Of a stretch of DNA of 64,000 bases, positions 11,945-24,791 are shown piece after piece; position 1 is the stretch's first letter, and every line of letters begins with the position of its first letter. The translations under genes and the position numbers were made by a program. The stretch lies in contig NC_043003.1 of NCBI RefSeq assembly GCF_006345805.1, positions 105,586,001 to 105,650,000 on the forward strand, read 5' to 3'. The notes under the pieces were generated by a model. It had not been told where the DNA came from. It made no database searches and saw nothing but the letters and a program-made list of their open reading frames with translations. The stretch is from Octopus sinensis. Lineage: Eukaryota.

Positions 11945-12151
11945 GCTGATCTTTAGCTCCAAATTTCAAGATGGGTGCAAACATGGTTGCATCATTAAGA
12001 AGCTCACTTCACAACTGTATGGCTCCAGGTTTGATCTTACTATGTGTCACCTTCAAGTGTCCCCCTAGCAGAGCCTCTCATGTTAACTAACACCTTAAGA
12101 GTGGAATTTGGTTGATAGAAACTGTATGGAAGCCATCATGTGTATAACTAG

Positions 12152-12403
12152 TCTTCTTCTTGTCTTGTCTTGAGACAGCATTCACCCGGGGTGGGTTGAG
12201 CTGGCTTCATTCATCCTCAATGCTGCATCTCTTACAAACGCCGACCAGACCTGGCGATTTGAGGCTAACGACCGCGTGATCTCCAACCACTCCTTATTCC
12301 AGCAGCGAATGCCGTAGATATGGGGGCCTAGGTTGGGTTCCAGATCAGCCTTGACTGTCATCAGCCAGGTTTTTCGTTGTCCACCACATTGCTTTCACCA
12401 ACC
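12152..12403 (-). mobile_element. 3' fragment of a third RTE-type LINE family
   Basis: GGQRKTWLMTVKADLE..WNKEWLEITRSLASNRQVWSAFVRD*, then (CAAGA)n tail. Confidence 0.8.
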
Positions 12404-13175
12404 CTTGACGAAAGTTGGTGTATAATTAGTAACACTAACTGAGCTTTACAGTTAAAGAGATCAAAATAAAAGTTCAAAATTATTCTCATTTAATTGTTCT
12501 AAGCTGAACATCAGCAACAGTTTGTGAACTTATAAATCTAAATGGTTTGTAACAGGGATGAAGGTCTCTGGAACACTCGAGGGGTGCCAGTCTTATCCTG
12601 TTACATTCAATATGTCGAAAGGGAAATCAAAACTTCGACTATCTTCAACAGCAATAAACAATATTTTTATTTTGTCTCGATTCGCAAATAAAATATATAC
12701 ACATATATTTTCTTCAGGGCAAACCGGTAGCCAAGGCCATGAAACTATTCACAATAGTTAACTTGTGTGAGCCAAAATGCTGTCTCCGTTCCCGCGTAGA
12801 AGGGGGCTTCTCTACATTTTGGGTTTTTCTTGAGAGAACCTTGAGTCGTGTCCATTCGATTCGGCTGCAGCTTCGAAAAGACCAATCTAGTGGGAAATCT
12901 TTCAGTTGGTAGTTCTCTGCACATGTGCATGAGGGAACTTCCGGCGACCTACCAGAAGTAATCCAACTCTGCGCATGAGGAAACTTCCAAAATAGCGTCT
13001 TTACAGGTTATTGATTTTCATTTAACTTAGGGAAGAGTGGTTTCGTCTATAATCTATATAGACCATTCTTGGCCAATATTGCATATATATTTACCCTGAC
13101 CAGCAATAAATATGGTGGGTGGGAGGTTCTTGTGTCAGAGTGAGAAATTTATTAAATTATTCAAAAAGTAAAGTT

Positions 13176-13712
13176 CATCATCATCATCGTTTAATGTCCG
13201 CTTTCCATGCTAGCATGGGTTGAACGGTTTGACTGAGGGCTGGCGAACCAGATGGCTGCACCAGGCTTCAATCTTGATCTGGCAGAGTTTCTACAGCTGG
13301 ATGCCCTTCCTAACGCCAACTACTCCGAGAGTGTAGTGGATGCTTTTACATGTCACCGGCACAAGGCCAGTCAGGCGGCACTGGCAATGACCTCGCTGGA
13401 ATCTTTTACACATGCCACCGGCACAGGTGCCAGTAAGGCAATGCTGGTAATGATCACGTTCAAATGGTGTCTTTTACGTGCCACCGGCATGGAGGCCAGA
13501 TAGCCGCTCTGGCAATGATCATGCTCGATGGTGCTCTTAATACCCTACTAGCACGGGGCTCGAGTGCCAGTAATGCGATGCTGGTAACGATCACACTCAA
13601 ATGGTGCCTTTTAAGTGCCACTGGCATGGAAGCCGGTTAGCCACTCTGTCAATGGTCACGCTCGTATGGTGCTCTTTGCACCTCGCTTGTATGGACGCCA
13701 GTCATCGAATTT
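13176..13712 (-). mobile_element. RTE 3' end fragment with diverged tandem units
   Basis: Same 3'UTR and tail motifs. Confidence 0.85.
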
Positions 13713-14101
13713 GATTTTGAATTTAGATATAAAATTATTTAAACTACAGAAAAAAAAAAAATTTGGAAGCACTCGATATTTTGCATCTGTCCCAGTTTGC
13801 TATGATCAATGATCTGTTACGTGTCCCTGAAATAGAATCTGAGTCACAGAACAGTAACACTGATCCGTTCTATTGAAATAGGATCTGTGATCTGTGTTGT
13901 TATTATTGTTGTTTTTTTACATTTTAACATTATGTTTCATATTCCAAAACTGTGCGACTGATTTTTGTTGGGCAAACAGTGAACCGTTTTGTCTGTGTGT
14001 GTTCATAGAATTGTGGTGGTTTTGTGCGATGGTTGTGGTAGTTGTGGTGGTTGTGAGAATTGTGGATGTTGTTTGGCTTCTTGTCATTCTTGATTCTGCA
14101 G

Positions 14102-14145
14102 AATTATGGTCAAATGTCTTCAACAAGACCAACCCATTTTTAGAT
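14102..14145 (+). CDS. Coding exon 2 (R-IMVKCLQQDQPIFR-F), 44 nt
   Basis: Pyrimidine tract plus tctgcAG at 14100-14101 and donor GTATGT at 14146. It is the only exon I found that converts the phase-2 end of exon 1 to the phase-1 start of exon 3 without a stop, and it completes the signal peptide (VKC/LQ). Confidence 0.55.
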
Positions 14146-14294
14146 GTATGTTGGACCACATCTAAAATGTATGATTTGAAAGAAATTTCGGTGTTATTTT
14201 TAACAAGTTCACAAACCACGTAGATTCTTTTCTTTCAGCTCTTGTAGAATTTTCTAGTAAAGATAAAAACAATACTGACAAACATCTCATCCAT

Positions 14295-14511
14295 GTGTGT
14301 GCACGTGCACACATGTGTGTATGTGTGTGCATGCATGCGTGTTTGTGCATACATACATGCACGTGTGTGTGTATGTGTGTGCATGCATGTGTCTGTGTGT
14401 GCATGTGCATGCATGTCTGTGTGTGTGCATGCGTGTGTGTGTTTGTGCATGTGCACGCATACATGCATGTGTGTATGTGTGTGTATGCATGTGTGTGTGT
14501 GTGTGTGTGTG
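14295..14511. repeat. Compound (TG)n/(TGCA)n microsatellite
   Basis: Direct reading. Confidence 0.95.
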
Positions 14512-14513
14512 AA

Positions 14514-14835
14514 GGCGCATGGCTTAGTGGTTAGGGCATTCGGCTCACGATCATAAGGTCAGGAGTTCAATTCCCGGTGACGCGTTGTGTCCTTGAGCAA
14601 GACACTTTATTTCACGTTGATCCAGTCCCCTCAGCTGGCAAAAAAATGGGTGGTTCCTGTATCTCAAAGGGCCATCCTTGACTCATTCTGTGCCATGCTG
14701 AATCTCCCTGAGAACTACATTAAGGGTACACGTGTGTCTGTGGAGTGCTCAGCCACTTGCACGTTAATTTCATGAGCAAGCTGTTCCATTGATCAGATCA
14801 GTTGGAACCTTCATCATCATAACCGATGGAGTGCT
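14514..14835 (+). mobile_element. tRNA-derived SINE (A box ggcttagtgg, B box gagttcaattcc, ccttgagcaagacacttta core)
   Basis: Pol III boxes; second copy at 40975-41295. Confidence 0.8.
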
Positions 14836-15051
14836 CCCATATATATATATGCGCACAGGTGTGTCAGTGTGGTTAAGAAGTTTGCGATTCAGCCCCACTG
14901 TGTAGCACCTTGAACAAGTGTTTTCTTTTTCTACTATAGCGATGGGCTGACCAAAGCCTTATGAGTGGATTTGGCAGATGGAAACTGAAAGAAGCTTGTC
15001 ATATATATGTTGGGGGGGGGGGGGAGGGCGTGTTTGTGTCTTCTTGTCTTG

Positions 15052-15330
15052 ACATTGGGAAACTACCACCTGTGTCATCTCTTGTGAAAGGTAGAAGAGT
15101 CCAGTTTGCTGGACATTGTTGTAGAGCTGAAAACGAGGTAATTTCTACTCTTCTCCTCTGGAAGCCATCTGCTTGCGATACCAGAGTGCACACACTACCC
15201 TGATGTAATCTCCAGGGATACAGGCATCTAGCAACAGAACCTCCGTAATGCTATGATGGACCGTGAAGTCTGGCGTAACATAGTAAATTCCCTTGTCTCG
15301 ACCACAGTCGAACAATGATGATAATGATGT
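15052..15330 (+). mobile_element. Second copy of the 7.1-kb RTE-type fragment
   Basis: Near-identical RRVQFAGHCCRAENE segment. Confidence 0.85.
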
Positions 15331-16982
15331 GAGTGTCATTGTTATACAAGCAGTGTTGTTCATTTCCAGTCTTCTGTGAAAACATGTCTGGCCATGAGGG
15401 GAATATTACTATACTTGGAAACAAGTGGGGGTTGGCAACTGGAAGGGCATCCAGCCGTAGAAAATCCACCTCAGTACACTCCATCCGACTCCTACAAACT
15501 TGGAAAAGTAAATGTGGAAAGAAAGAAACTTTAACTGAACATTTCTGCCATCTCTGAAGACCTGTAAAGGCCAGGACACAGTGTTTCCCACCATCCTGCT
15601 ACACCAAAGCAGTAAATAAAGACATGCATAGCAAAATGTCTGCCGTAAAAGATTTACCCTGAAGCCATTTGAGTTGGCAGCCCGATAACATGTTCGTTTA
15701 GTCACTTCAGCTATAAGCAAACCCTCTCGACACACACACATACCAGCTTAAACATTGGTACCCATTCACAATGTATAGAATGAAACTAGATGTGACAAAC
15801 TCACTGTCCACACACACACTGGTGGACACCATTGCTGTTTAGCCCCAGGTCAGTCACGATTCCAGAAGATTTATGATCAAAGCTGTTACAGTTGTTGAGA
15901 TTTAAAATAGCTAGAATGAGGAATTAGTCAGCTAAAATATCAAGTTGTAATTCTCTACGACAAAAATTACTTTTCTTCAAAATGTATATAAATATTAAAA
16001 ATGCTATATGTATATAATAAAATAATGTAGAAATTATTTTCTCTTTCTTCACATTCTTCAACTTATTAATGAATGTATTTCTGTAATTATGAAACTGCCC
16101 TGTCTGTCTCCCTACTTATTTTGCACCAGTGTGTAAGCCAACCAATCAAATCAGTGGACACAACAGGGTTAAACTAGCCAAAGATGGTTGTTATCTCAAA
16201 CGAGATCATTCCTAATGTGTCTCTCAAACAGTGAGGATATCAATATCGCTACACAGTCATGATTATGTTGCTTTTGGGAGTCTCTTAGATTGCATTATAT
16301 CATGTGTTTGTTTCAACTTCTTCAAGACAACATGGTATAATTTGAGTGATATTTGGGTGCTATTTCTAACTAGGTGAGGAACTCTGTAAAAGCTCACTAT
16401 TATTATTAGTTTGAGAGGGAAAGGTGGTGTGCCTAGTTTTTAGAGCGGAGGAAGAGATAACTATGATAGGGATGCAGACGGGTGATTATAAAGGTTTCAC
16501 TTGAATTTTAACAGAGATTAGTTTTGGATTTAAAGAGTATGGTGATTAAGATTTGAGTAAATTGTGTGGTATGAATGGAGTGTTGTGACACATGAGTTTC
16601 AAGAGAGGAGAAACAAGTGCAAGGAGTAAGTTTAGATGAAAGTGTGTGTGTGTTACATGGAAAAAGGAAAATTTCTTATTTCTTTATTGCCCACAAGGGG
16701 CTAAACATAGAGGGGACAAACAAGGACAGACAAAGGGATTAAGTTGATTACATTGACCCCAGTGCATAACTGGTACTTAATTTATTGACCCCGAAAGGAT
16801 GCAAGGCAAAGTTGACCTCGGTGGAATTTGAACTCAGAACATAACGGCAGACAAAATATCACTAAGCATTTTGCCCGGCATGCTAACGTTTCTGCCACCT
16901 AGCCACCCTTGGGAAATTTCTGAATGGATTAAGTATTTGAGTATTCACCTTAATCTAGCAGCTGTTCAAATCTATTGAAAGC

Positions 16983-17268
16983 ATCACAACTACAATTTCC
17001 ATTGATTTTTTGATTGATTTCGATTTCATTTGCCTCAATAGGTCTTCACAAGCAGAGTTTTGTGTCCAATGGCTACATCCCAGGTAAAGGCCCCAGGTTA
17101 TGGTCTCACTTGTCCTGCCGGTCTTCTCATGCACAGCATATTTCCAAAGGTCTCGGTCACTAGTCATTGCCTTGGTGAGACCTAACGTTCGAAGGTTGTG
17201 CCTCACCACCTCATCCCAGGTTTTTCTGGGCCTACCTCTTTCACAGGTTCCCTCAACCGCTAGGGTTT
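16983..17268 (-). mobile_element. RTE ORF end / 3'UTR fragment
   Basis: LRTLGLT..DRDLWKYAV matches the 55.8-kb ORF. Confidence 0.85.
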
Positions 17269-17911
17269 CAGAAATGGATATATTGTTCTACATTACCATT
17301 TCAAACTACCTGTCTATTCTTAGTAGGTGCTCTAAGGTCATCTTGAAAATGTTACCTGTAACGAACTAACGTGTCTTCGCAAAGGAAAGACAGGTGTTGG
17401 ATAGGAAACCTCCAACAAAAAATTATGCTTGAAATGTTGGACCTCTTTTCTCCTTCATAGCAAACCAATTCATTTCACTTAGTACTTGCCAGCATGGCTT
17501 TTTGGTAAGAAATTTGTTTCACAACCACAGGATTTTAGGTTCAGTCCCACTGTATGGCACCTTTAGTAAGTGTCTTCTGTTGTTTAGCCCTTGGCCAACC
17601 AATGCTTTGTGGGTGGATTCCATTTATGGAAATGGATAGGAAACCCATTGTGTGTTACTGTCTCTTTGCCCACACATCACAGGATGGTTGTAAGCAGGTG
17701 TCATCATTATGCAAGCAGTGCCCTTCATTCTCAATCTTATGAGACATTTACATTATTTACATTATTTACAATTGACGGATATTTGTCCTCATCTTGTTTG
17801 TTGTTTACACAATGTTTCCAGCCTCCATCAGGTATCTTGGGGAAATTTCGAACCTGGGTTCTCATTCCTAAAGTATTTTTCGATGTTATTATTATTATTA
17901 TTGTTAATGTC

Positions 17912-17976
<65 letters not shown>

Positions 17977-19694
17977 GCATACACACACAGACATTAAAAT
18001 CCGAAGATTATTATTATTATTGTTAATGTTCAGGTCACTGCTTGGAATTGAACTCGGAATCTTGGGGTTAGTAGCCTGCGCTCTTAACCACAATGCCATA
18101 TGCCCGTGGGCATATGGCATAGTGGACAAATATCTGTCGAATGTAAATAATGTAAATAGTGTAAGTAATGTACATAATTCCTCAGCTTCTGAGACATGTT
18201 TGGTCATGGGGGAATATTACTTTACTTGGAAACAGGTGAAAGTTGACCGCAGGAAAGGTATCTGACTGTAGAATCTCTGCCTCAACAAATTCCGTCTGAC
18301 CCATACAGGCATGGAAAAGTGGACGTTAAACAATGATGATGATGATTATAATTTACCAATACCAATTATTACTAGTTCCTTAGATTCCTCTGTTTCACTT
18401 TGAACTGAAAATAAAAATGAGCTATTTTTAACATTTGGCTCAAATTTTATTAGAATTTACATAAATATCACATAAATTTCAGCTAAACATCCTTTGAAGG
18501 TATTTTAGACTTGTGTTGTTTTCCTTCTGAAGATAAAGGATTTTTCAAACCATTTCCTGAGTAAATACATAAAAAAAAACAAAAACAAAAAAAAACTATG
18601 TACTAAAATAGCATATAACCAATCGGCAAGATAGAAGCTTGTAATTAATGCCTTCTAAAGATAAATCAATGTTAAATTGAAAGCTCCTAAATGGTAATAT
18701 TCTCTGTAGAGTTCTAGCATCAATTTGTACTTTCTTCATCTTTAATCCTTTAAATTTAGCAGCTTCCAATTACAAATTTACTGAAGATATACAAAAATAT
18801 GGAAATCATAAATAAGCAATAAAGATTTTTTTTAAATCCAATAATAAGATATCTTGTAATTTTCATTTTTCTTTGTTTTTTTTTTTTGCTCACAACAACG
18901 GGTTCAATTGTTAATTAGCAACTTAAGTGGTTTATCTGGATATCACAGTCTACTCATTCTTTTCTTAATGAATGCAACTGAAACAACCTTAAATTAAAAT
19001 TACCATATATGGTATCATACTAAATGTATATATACTGTTGGAAGGTATGATGCTGTGGTTTTTGTCTGAGAGAAAATCTCTTCAGAGACATGTTGTGTAA
19101 AAAACAAATATATACAGGTTGTTGTCAACTTATGGCTGATGGACTTTACGACAATTGGCACGCCAGCTCCTGGCAGCAATAATAAATAGTCCAGTTGAAA
19201 TCAACCCATCTACAGATGATGTCAGCTAACAAACGCTTCCCCTAGGTTTGGTTATCAATTGCCACTGTGGTTATCCCCTGTGTTGGATGACTATCTTGTC
19301 ACAGAGACATCGAGGTAACCTCGTATTTGTTTATAAGACAACTGCTTTAGACTCCGAAATATTTGACTAACACCAGTATAATAGTATAATACAGAATGCT
19401 GTGTGTAACTTTTACCTGTGAATGTACCTTAAGAATGTAGAAATATAAAACAAGGCTATGTAAACCTATAGGCTGACATACAATCAAATTGACTTATGAC
19501 CAGTCTTTCAGGACCAATTGGGGTCGTAAGTCGATGACGACCTGTATTACTCCAAGATAAACATTATTACAGCAGTGACTTAGGAGAATGACAGATACAT
19601 TTTATTCTACTTAAAGTTTGTTAATGACATGCATATGCTTGTCACTTGCCAAGACAAAATTTATGCTTCAGTATATGTATTTTATATATATATA

Positions 19695-20220
19695 TCATCA
19701 TCTTCATCATCGTTTAACGTCCGTTTTCCGCGCTAGCACGGGTTGGACGGTTTCGACCGGGGTCTGGGGGGCCAGGGGCTGCCCCAGGCTCCAGTCTGGT
19801 CTGGCAGTGTTTCTACAGCTGGATGCCCTTCCTAACGCCAACCACTCCGCGAGTGTAGTGGGTGCTTTTTACGTGCCACCTGCACAGGTGCCAGAGGGGT
19901 CTGGCATCGGCCACGGTCAGTTGGTGCTTTTTATGTGCCACCTGCACAGAAGCCAGTCGGGGCGGTGCTGGCATTGGCCACGTTCGGATGGTGCTTTTTA
20001 TGTGGGGGGGTGCAGGAATATAGGGGAGCACCAGTGGGGAGGGGTGTTCGGGGAAACGATATCGGCCACGTTCGGTGCAGGAATATAGGGGAGCACCAGT
20101 GGGGAGGGGTGTTCGGAGAAACGATATCGTCCACGTTCGGATGGTGCTTTTTATATGGGGGGGGGTGCAGGAATATATGGAGCACCAGTGGGGAGGGGTG
20201 TTCGGAGAAACGATGACAGG
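19695..20220 (-). mobile_element. RTE 3' end fragment with GC-shifted sequence and a G-rich minisatellite
   Basis: Same 3'UTR motifs; three G-rich derived units at 19979-20215. Confidence 0.8.
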
Positions 20221-20869
20221 TTCTAGACAAGTAGAACGTAGGATATCACGAGAGGGGTAATGCATGGTGAAATAGCGTATTGAAGAGGGGGGTTCGAAGA
20301 GTAGACACCTATAATGGTGGTGGGAGAAGCGACATCCGGTATAGATGGAGCAAAAATATAGAGATATCCGGTATTGGTGTTGGGGGTGGGCAAGGGCGGG
20401 TGCACCGCGAATACACGACGGTTGATAGACGAGAGAGCGAGGACTTGGACGGGCAAAATTAATAAAGGGATATTGAGGGGGGACGGTGGAGAAATGGAGA
20501 AATGATGAGAGGAGTTAGGGAATACGATGACAACTGTTTAAGCGAATTAGTAATTAGTAAGTAGAGAAAATAGACAGATAAAAATAGATAGATAAAAACA
20601 TGTTTTGAGTGTTTAGATGCGAATGCGAATGTAGTCTGATTGGTCGAGAAGTGAAAATAAGTTTTTAACTTATCTGTACTCAGGATATAGCTGCAAGGTG
20701 AATATATATATAAAAGTTCATTTTTAATGTAATATATATATATTAGAAAAAAACCATCTTTTATCAATTCAATAATGAAAAATTAAATTACACCATCTAG
20801 AAAATTTTGTGAAATTTGATTTAGTATTTCTAAATTGAATTTTTCCCTGTAAGTTTGGAATAATATTCC

Positions 20870-21432
20870 ATCATCATCATCGTTTAACGTCTACTTTCCA
20901 TGCTAGCATGGGTTGGACGGTTCGACTGGGGTCTGGGAAGCCAGGAGGCTGCACCAGGCCCAGTCTGATCTGGCATTGTTTCTACAGCTGGATGCCCTTC
21001 CTTACGCCAACCACTCCGTGAGTGTTGTGGGTGCTTTTTACATGCCACCGGCACAGGTGCAGGCGAGGCTGGCAATGGCCACGAACAGTTAGTGCTTTTT
21101 ACGTGCCACCGGTACGGAGGCCAGTTGGGGCAGCGCTGGTGACAGCCATGTTTGGATGATTCTTTTATGTGCCACCGGCACTGGTATCACAACTACAATT
21201 TCCATTGATTTTTGAGCGATTTCGATTTCACTTGCCTCGATAGGTCTTCGCAAGCAGAGTTTTGTGTCCCAAGAAGGAAAGGTAAGCATAAGTGGGCTGG
21301 CTACATCCCAGGTAGAGGCCACGGGTTATGGTCTCACTTGTCCTGCCGGTTCTTCTCATGCACAGCATACTTCCAAGGTCTCGATCACTAGTCATTGCCT
21401 CGGTGAGACCTAATGTTTGAAGGTCGTGCTTC
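20870..21432 (-). mobile_element. RTE ORF end plus 3'UTR fragment
   Basis: Same motifs. Confidence 0.85.
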
Positions 21433-22373
21433 ATTATTATTATTATTATTATATATATATATATGTATATATGTATGTATGTATGTATTACATTAAAAAT
21501 GAACTTCAATTTTGCTTGCTTGCTAGCAATGTTACACAGCCAAACCAGCGCATAATGGGAAAATGCTCCGAAAATAACTTAATCCTGAAAGGGAAGAAAC
21601 TCTAACCTTTCTATTACACATATTGTGATGGGCAAAATATTTTAAAGTGAAAATTACTTTAAAAATACGGTAAATATTTCGTAAAAGACCTGTTAATAAT
21701 CCTGGTGTAAAATGGGTTTTTTCCATAAGTTTCTTTTGAGTGCATTCAATGTATCTCACCGCCAAAGGATTGGCTGCTATTTCCAGCATGCCCTGCTACC
21801 ACGTAACAGCTATTTGAGATAAAGTACCTGAAATATCTGTTATGTGGTAGCTGGGCATGCAAGAAATAGCAGCCAAATCTTTCTTTTTCTGGGGAAAGGA
21901 GCCATTTAAACATGATTTTAATGTCACATTCATTGAAAGCCTGCGAAATAACTTGGAAAAGAAAAAAACTCACAAAACAAAACTCCGTTGCTGGGAAACT
22001 CCTGGTACCTTGAATTCTTGGTGACCCAAACAGGTCACAGGTAGTCTAGTATACTATTAAGTCAGATTGAATCTTGCTTGCTTGCAATGTTACTCAGCCA
22101 AACTGGCGCATAATGGGAAAATACTATGATTTAAGTTTACCCTGAAATGTTAATACGAGCAGAATGAAACAAGTTTCACGTAAATTGCACAAGTGGTTTT
22201 TGAGATACTAAAGGTTTTTGGGGTATAAATACTCAAAATGGTGCATAATGGGAAAATGTTCCGAAAATAATCTTCATCCTGAAAGTGAAGAAATTCTTTT
22301 CTTTCTGTTAGACACAGTGAGTTGACAACAAAAAAAATACAATTATTTTTTCACTTTTGTTAAACACAATATT

Positions 22374-22700
22374 TGAATCATTTAGACGATTTGACTGCGG
22401 TCTGGCGAACCAGACTCCAATCTGATCTGGCAGAGTTTCTACAGCTGGATGCTCTTCCTAATGCCAACCACTCCGAGAGTGTAGTGGGTGCTTTTACGTG
22501 CCACCAGCACAAGGGCCAGTTTGGTGGTACTGGCAACGGCCACACCCGAACGGTGCTTTTTATGTGCCACCTGCACAGGAGCCAGTCCAGCAGCACTGGC
22601 GACGACCTCGCTCAAATGTGTCATGTGTCACCAGCACAAGTGCTAGTAAGGCGACGCAGTAACGATCACGCTCAAATGATGTGTTTAACGTGCCATAAGA
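22374..22700 (-). mobile_element. RTE 3'UTR fragment
   Basis: Same motifs. Confidence 0.8.
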
Positions 22701-23027
22701 AATAGTGAATAATACAATCACTGATATTTCAGCAAGCTTGATGAGCTGTAAAAAAATTAAGTGAACGCACTTGAAACAACATCAAATTAAAACTGCTATT
22801 TGTGCATTATACTAAATGTATATACACCAGTGGATGGGATAATGCTGAGATTTTTGTGTGAGAGGAAATCTCTTCATAGAAATATTATGTTAAAAACTGG
22901 TGCAACTTAGAGAATTTCTGACAGGACTTTTGACAAGAAAATTTATGTTATGATTACCAGAATTGGATTAAATGGACATCTTTGAATAATGGTTTTTATT
23001 TTTTGTTTTTTCTTTTGTGCATTTCAG

Positions 23028-23163
23028 TTTGTTATATTCCTCTGGTATCTTGTACCTGCAATGATGAGACGGTGAGCAATGCCAATTCCAGTTGTGCAAG
23101 TATTCTTGATGATATGGGTGAAGAGGAAAGAAAAGGTGCAGGTTCTTTCCCCATAGTCTGTGC
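23028..23163 (+). CDS. Coding exon 3 (CYIPLVSCTCNDETVSNANSSCASILDDMGEEERKGAGSFPIVC-A)
   Basis: Long T-rich tract plus tttcAG at 23026-23027, donor GTGAGT at 23164, open frame, Cys-rich. Confidence 0.85.
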
Positions 23164-23815
23164 GTGAGTATAGAGTTTCCCAATATTCATTAATAACACC
23201 TGCAGTTAACACCTGCAGACTTAAAATATAACTTTTGGCCATTCCATTTTCACTCACAGAAGACTGCTGCAAAATATAACACATAAATTAATAATTAATG
23301 AAATTTAGATGATTCTCGTGTCGATTCAGAAACAGTCTTCTAATCTTTTCTTTTGTGGTTTCATCAGAGAAAGAAAGGCAGGACCCAGGAAGTTTTTGCA
23401 CTTATAAATTAGTCACTGGTGAAATAACAATGATGGTTTTAGAGATCCTAGAGACACTACATTTTTTCTATATTGTTGTTTCTCTGTGAGTTATTTAATC
23501 ATCGTATATGCCATATTTTTCACTGGTTTTCTCATTGGACTGTAGCCAGGCTAGGGCATTGCTTTCAAGGCCATTGGCAATTTTATTGGTCTTGCACTTA
23601 CCATATAAACTCAGTTATAAGTCACACTTTTTTTCTTGAAATTTTCACCTGAAGTTGGGGGTGCAACTTATAAGCGCATCCTATTTAAAAGAATCTCAAG
23701 ATATTTTCTCGATACAAGCCATATCTGAAGTTCCAGCACTTGGAATAACCTAAAAAGATAAAATTTTACATTATAAACAACAGTTTCGATAATAATAAAA
23801 TAAATGCACCCTTTC

Positions 23816-24050
23816 AAAGCCTAGCCAGGCTCATGGGCCCAGTTTCCCAGTTTCTATGGCGTATGTGTTCCCCAGCAGGACAGGATGCCAGTCCATCGCA
23901 GCGTTACTCATTTTTGCCAGCTGAGTGGATTGGAGCAACGTGAAATGAAGTGTTTTGCTCAAGAACACAACTTGTCACCTGGTCCAGGAATCGAAAGCAC
24001 AATCTTACAATCATGGTGCTGACACCCTAACCACTAAGCCACATGCCTCC
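23816..24050 (-). mobile_element. tRNA-derived SINE
   Basis: Reverse complement of ggcttagtggttaggg..ttcgattcc head; related pieces at 8100-8300 and 41640-41945. Confidence 0.7.
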
Positions 24051-24384
24051 ACAGTTTCTAAAATGCATGCATTTAATAGGATAACAGTTGTTGTAAGTCA
24101 TCTTCAGCTTACTGAACAACTAACCATGTCGGTGCAATTCTTAATCGAACTTTGCTCTCCAACATCAAAAAAAGTCATTGCGAGTTATTGTTGGGTCAAT
24201 GGTAAAATTCCCAATTTGAACCTTGTAAGTTGGAAGTGCGTCTTATAGGCGAGGGATTTTTATAGCCAAGTGTATACGATAAGTAGTATTTATTTCACTA
24301 AACTTGGATGGATGAAAGAGAAAAACCTAATATCATAAGATATTTTATCCAATATTCTACTGACTGTGTTATCCCTTGTCCAAT

Positions 24385-24791
24385 GGGATTTACTCTTTTA
24401 CTTGCTTCAGTCATTTGACTGTGGCCATGCTGGAGCACAACCTTTAGTTGATTCAATTCGACCCCAGGACTTATTCTTTGTAAGCCTAGTACTTATTCAC
24501 TTTTGCCAAACCGGTAAGCCACAGGGACCTAAACACACCACCATCGGTTGTCAAGCAATGTTGGGGGTGGGGGGACAAACACAGACACACAAACATATAC
24601 ACACACACATACATATATATATACATATATACGACGGGCTTCTTTCAGTTTCCGTCTACCAAATTCACTCACATGGCTTTGGTCGGCCTGAGGCTATAGA
24701 AGACACTTGCCCAAGGTGCCACGCAGTGGGACTGAACTTAGAACCATGTGGTTGGTAAGCAAGCTACTAACCACACAGCCACTCCTGCGCC
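24385..24791 (-). mobile_element. Full-length tRNA-derived SINE (ggcgcaggagtggctgtgtggt head, internal (TA/CA)n, actgaaacaagtaaaaga tail)
   Basis: Same family at 1-139, 24932-25262, 34525-35300, 51083-51480 and 61824-62170. Confidence 0.85.

Noticed and set aside
13040-13063. Minus-strand hairpin followed by GAAAC
   Set aside because: No CUGANGA-like 5' core, no stem I and no UH site
13894-14223. 109-aa plus and 100-aa minus ORFs
   Set aside because: Low-complexity (GTT/GTG) sequence; only the 44-nt spliced segment 14102-14145 fits a gene model
14514-14590. tRNA-like sequences (also the heads of other SINEs)
   Set aside because: A/B boxes without a complete cloverleaf, continuing into SINE bodies
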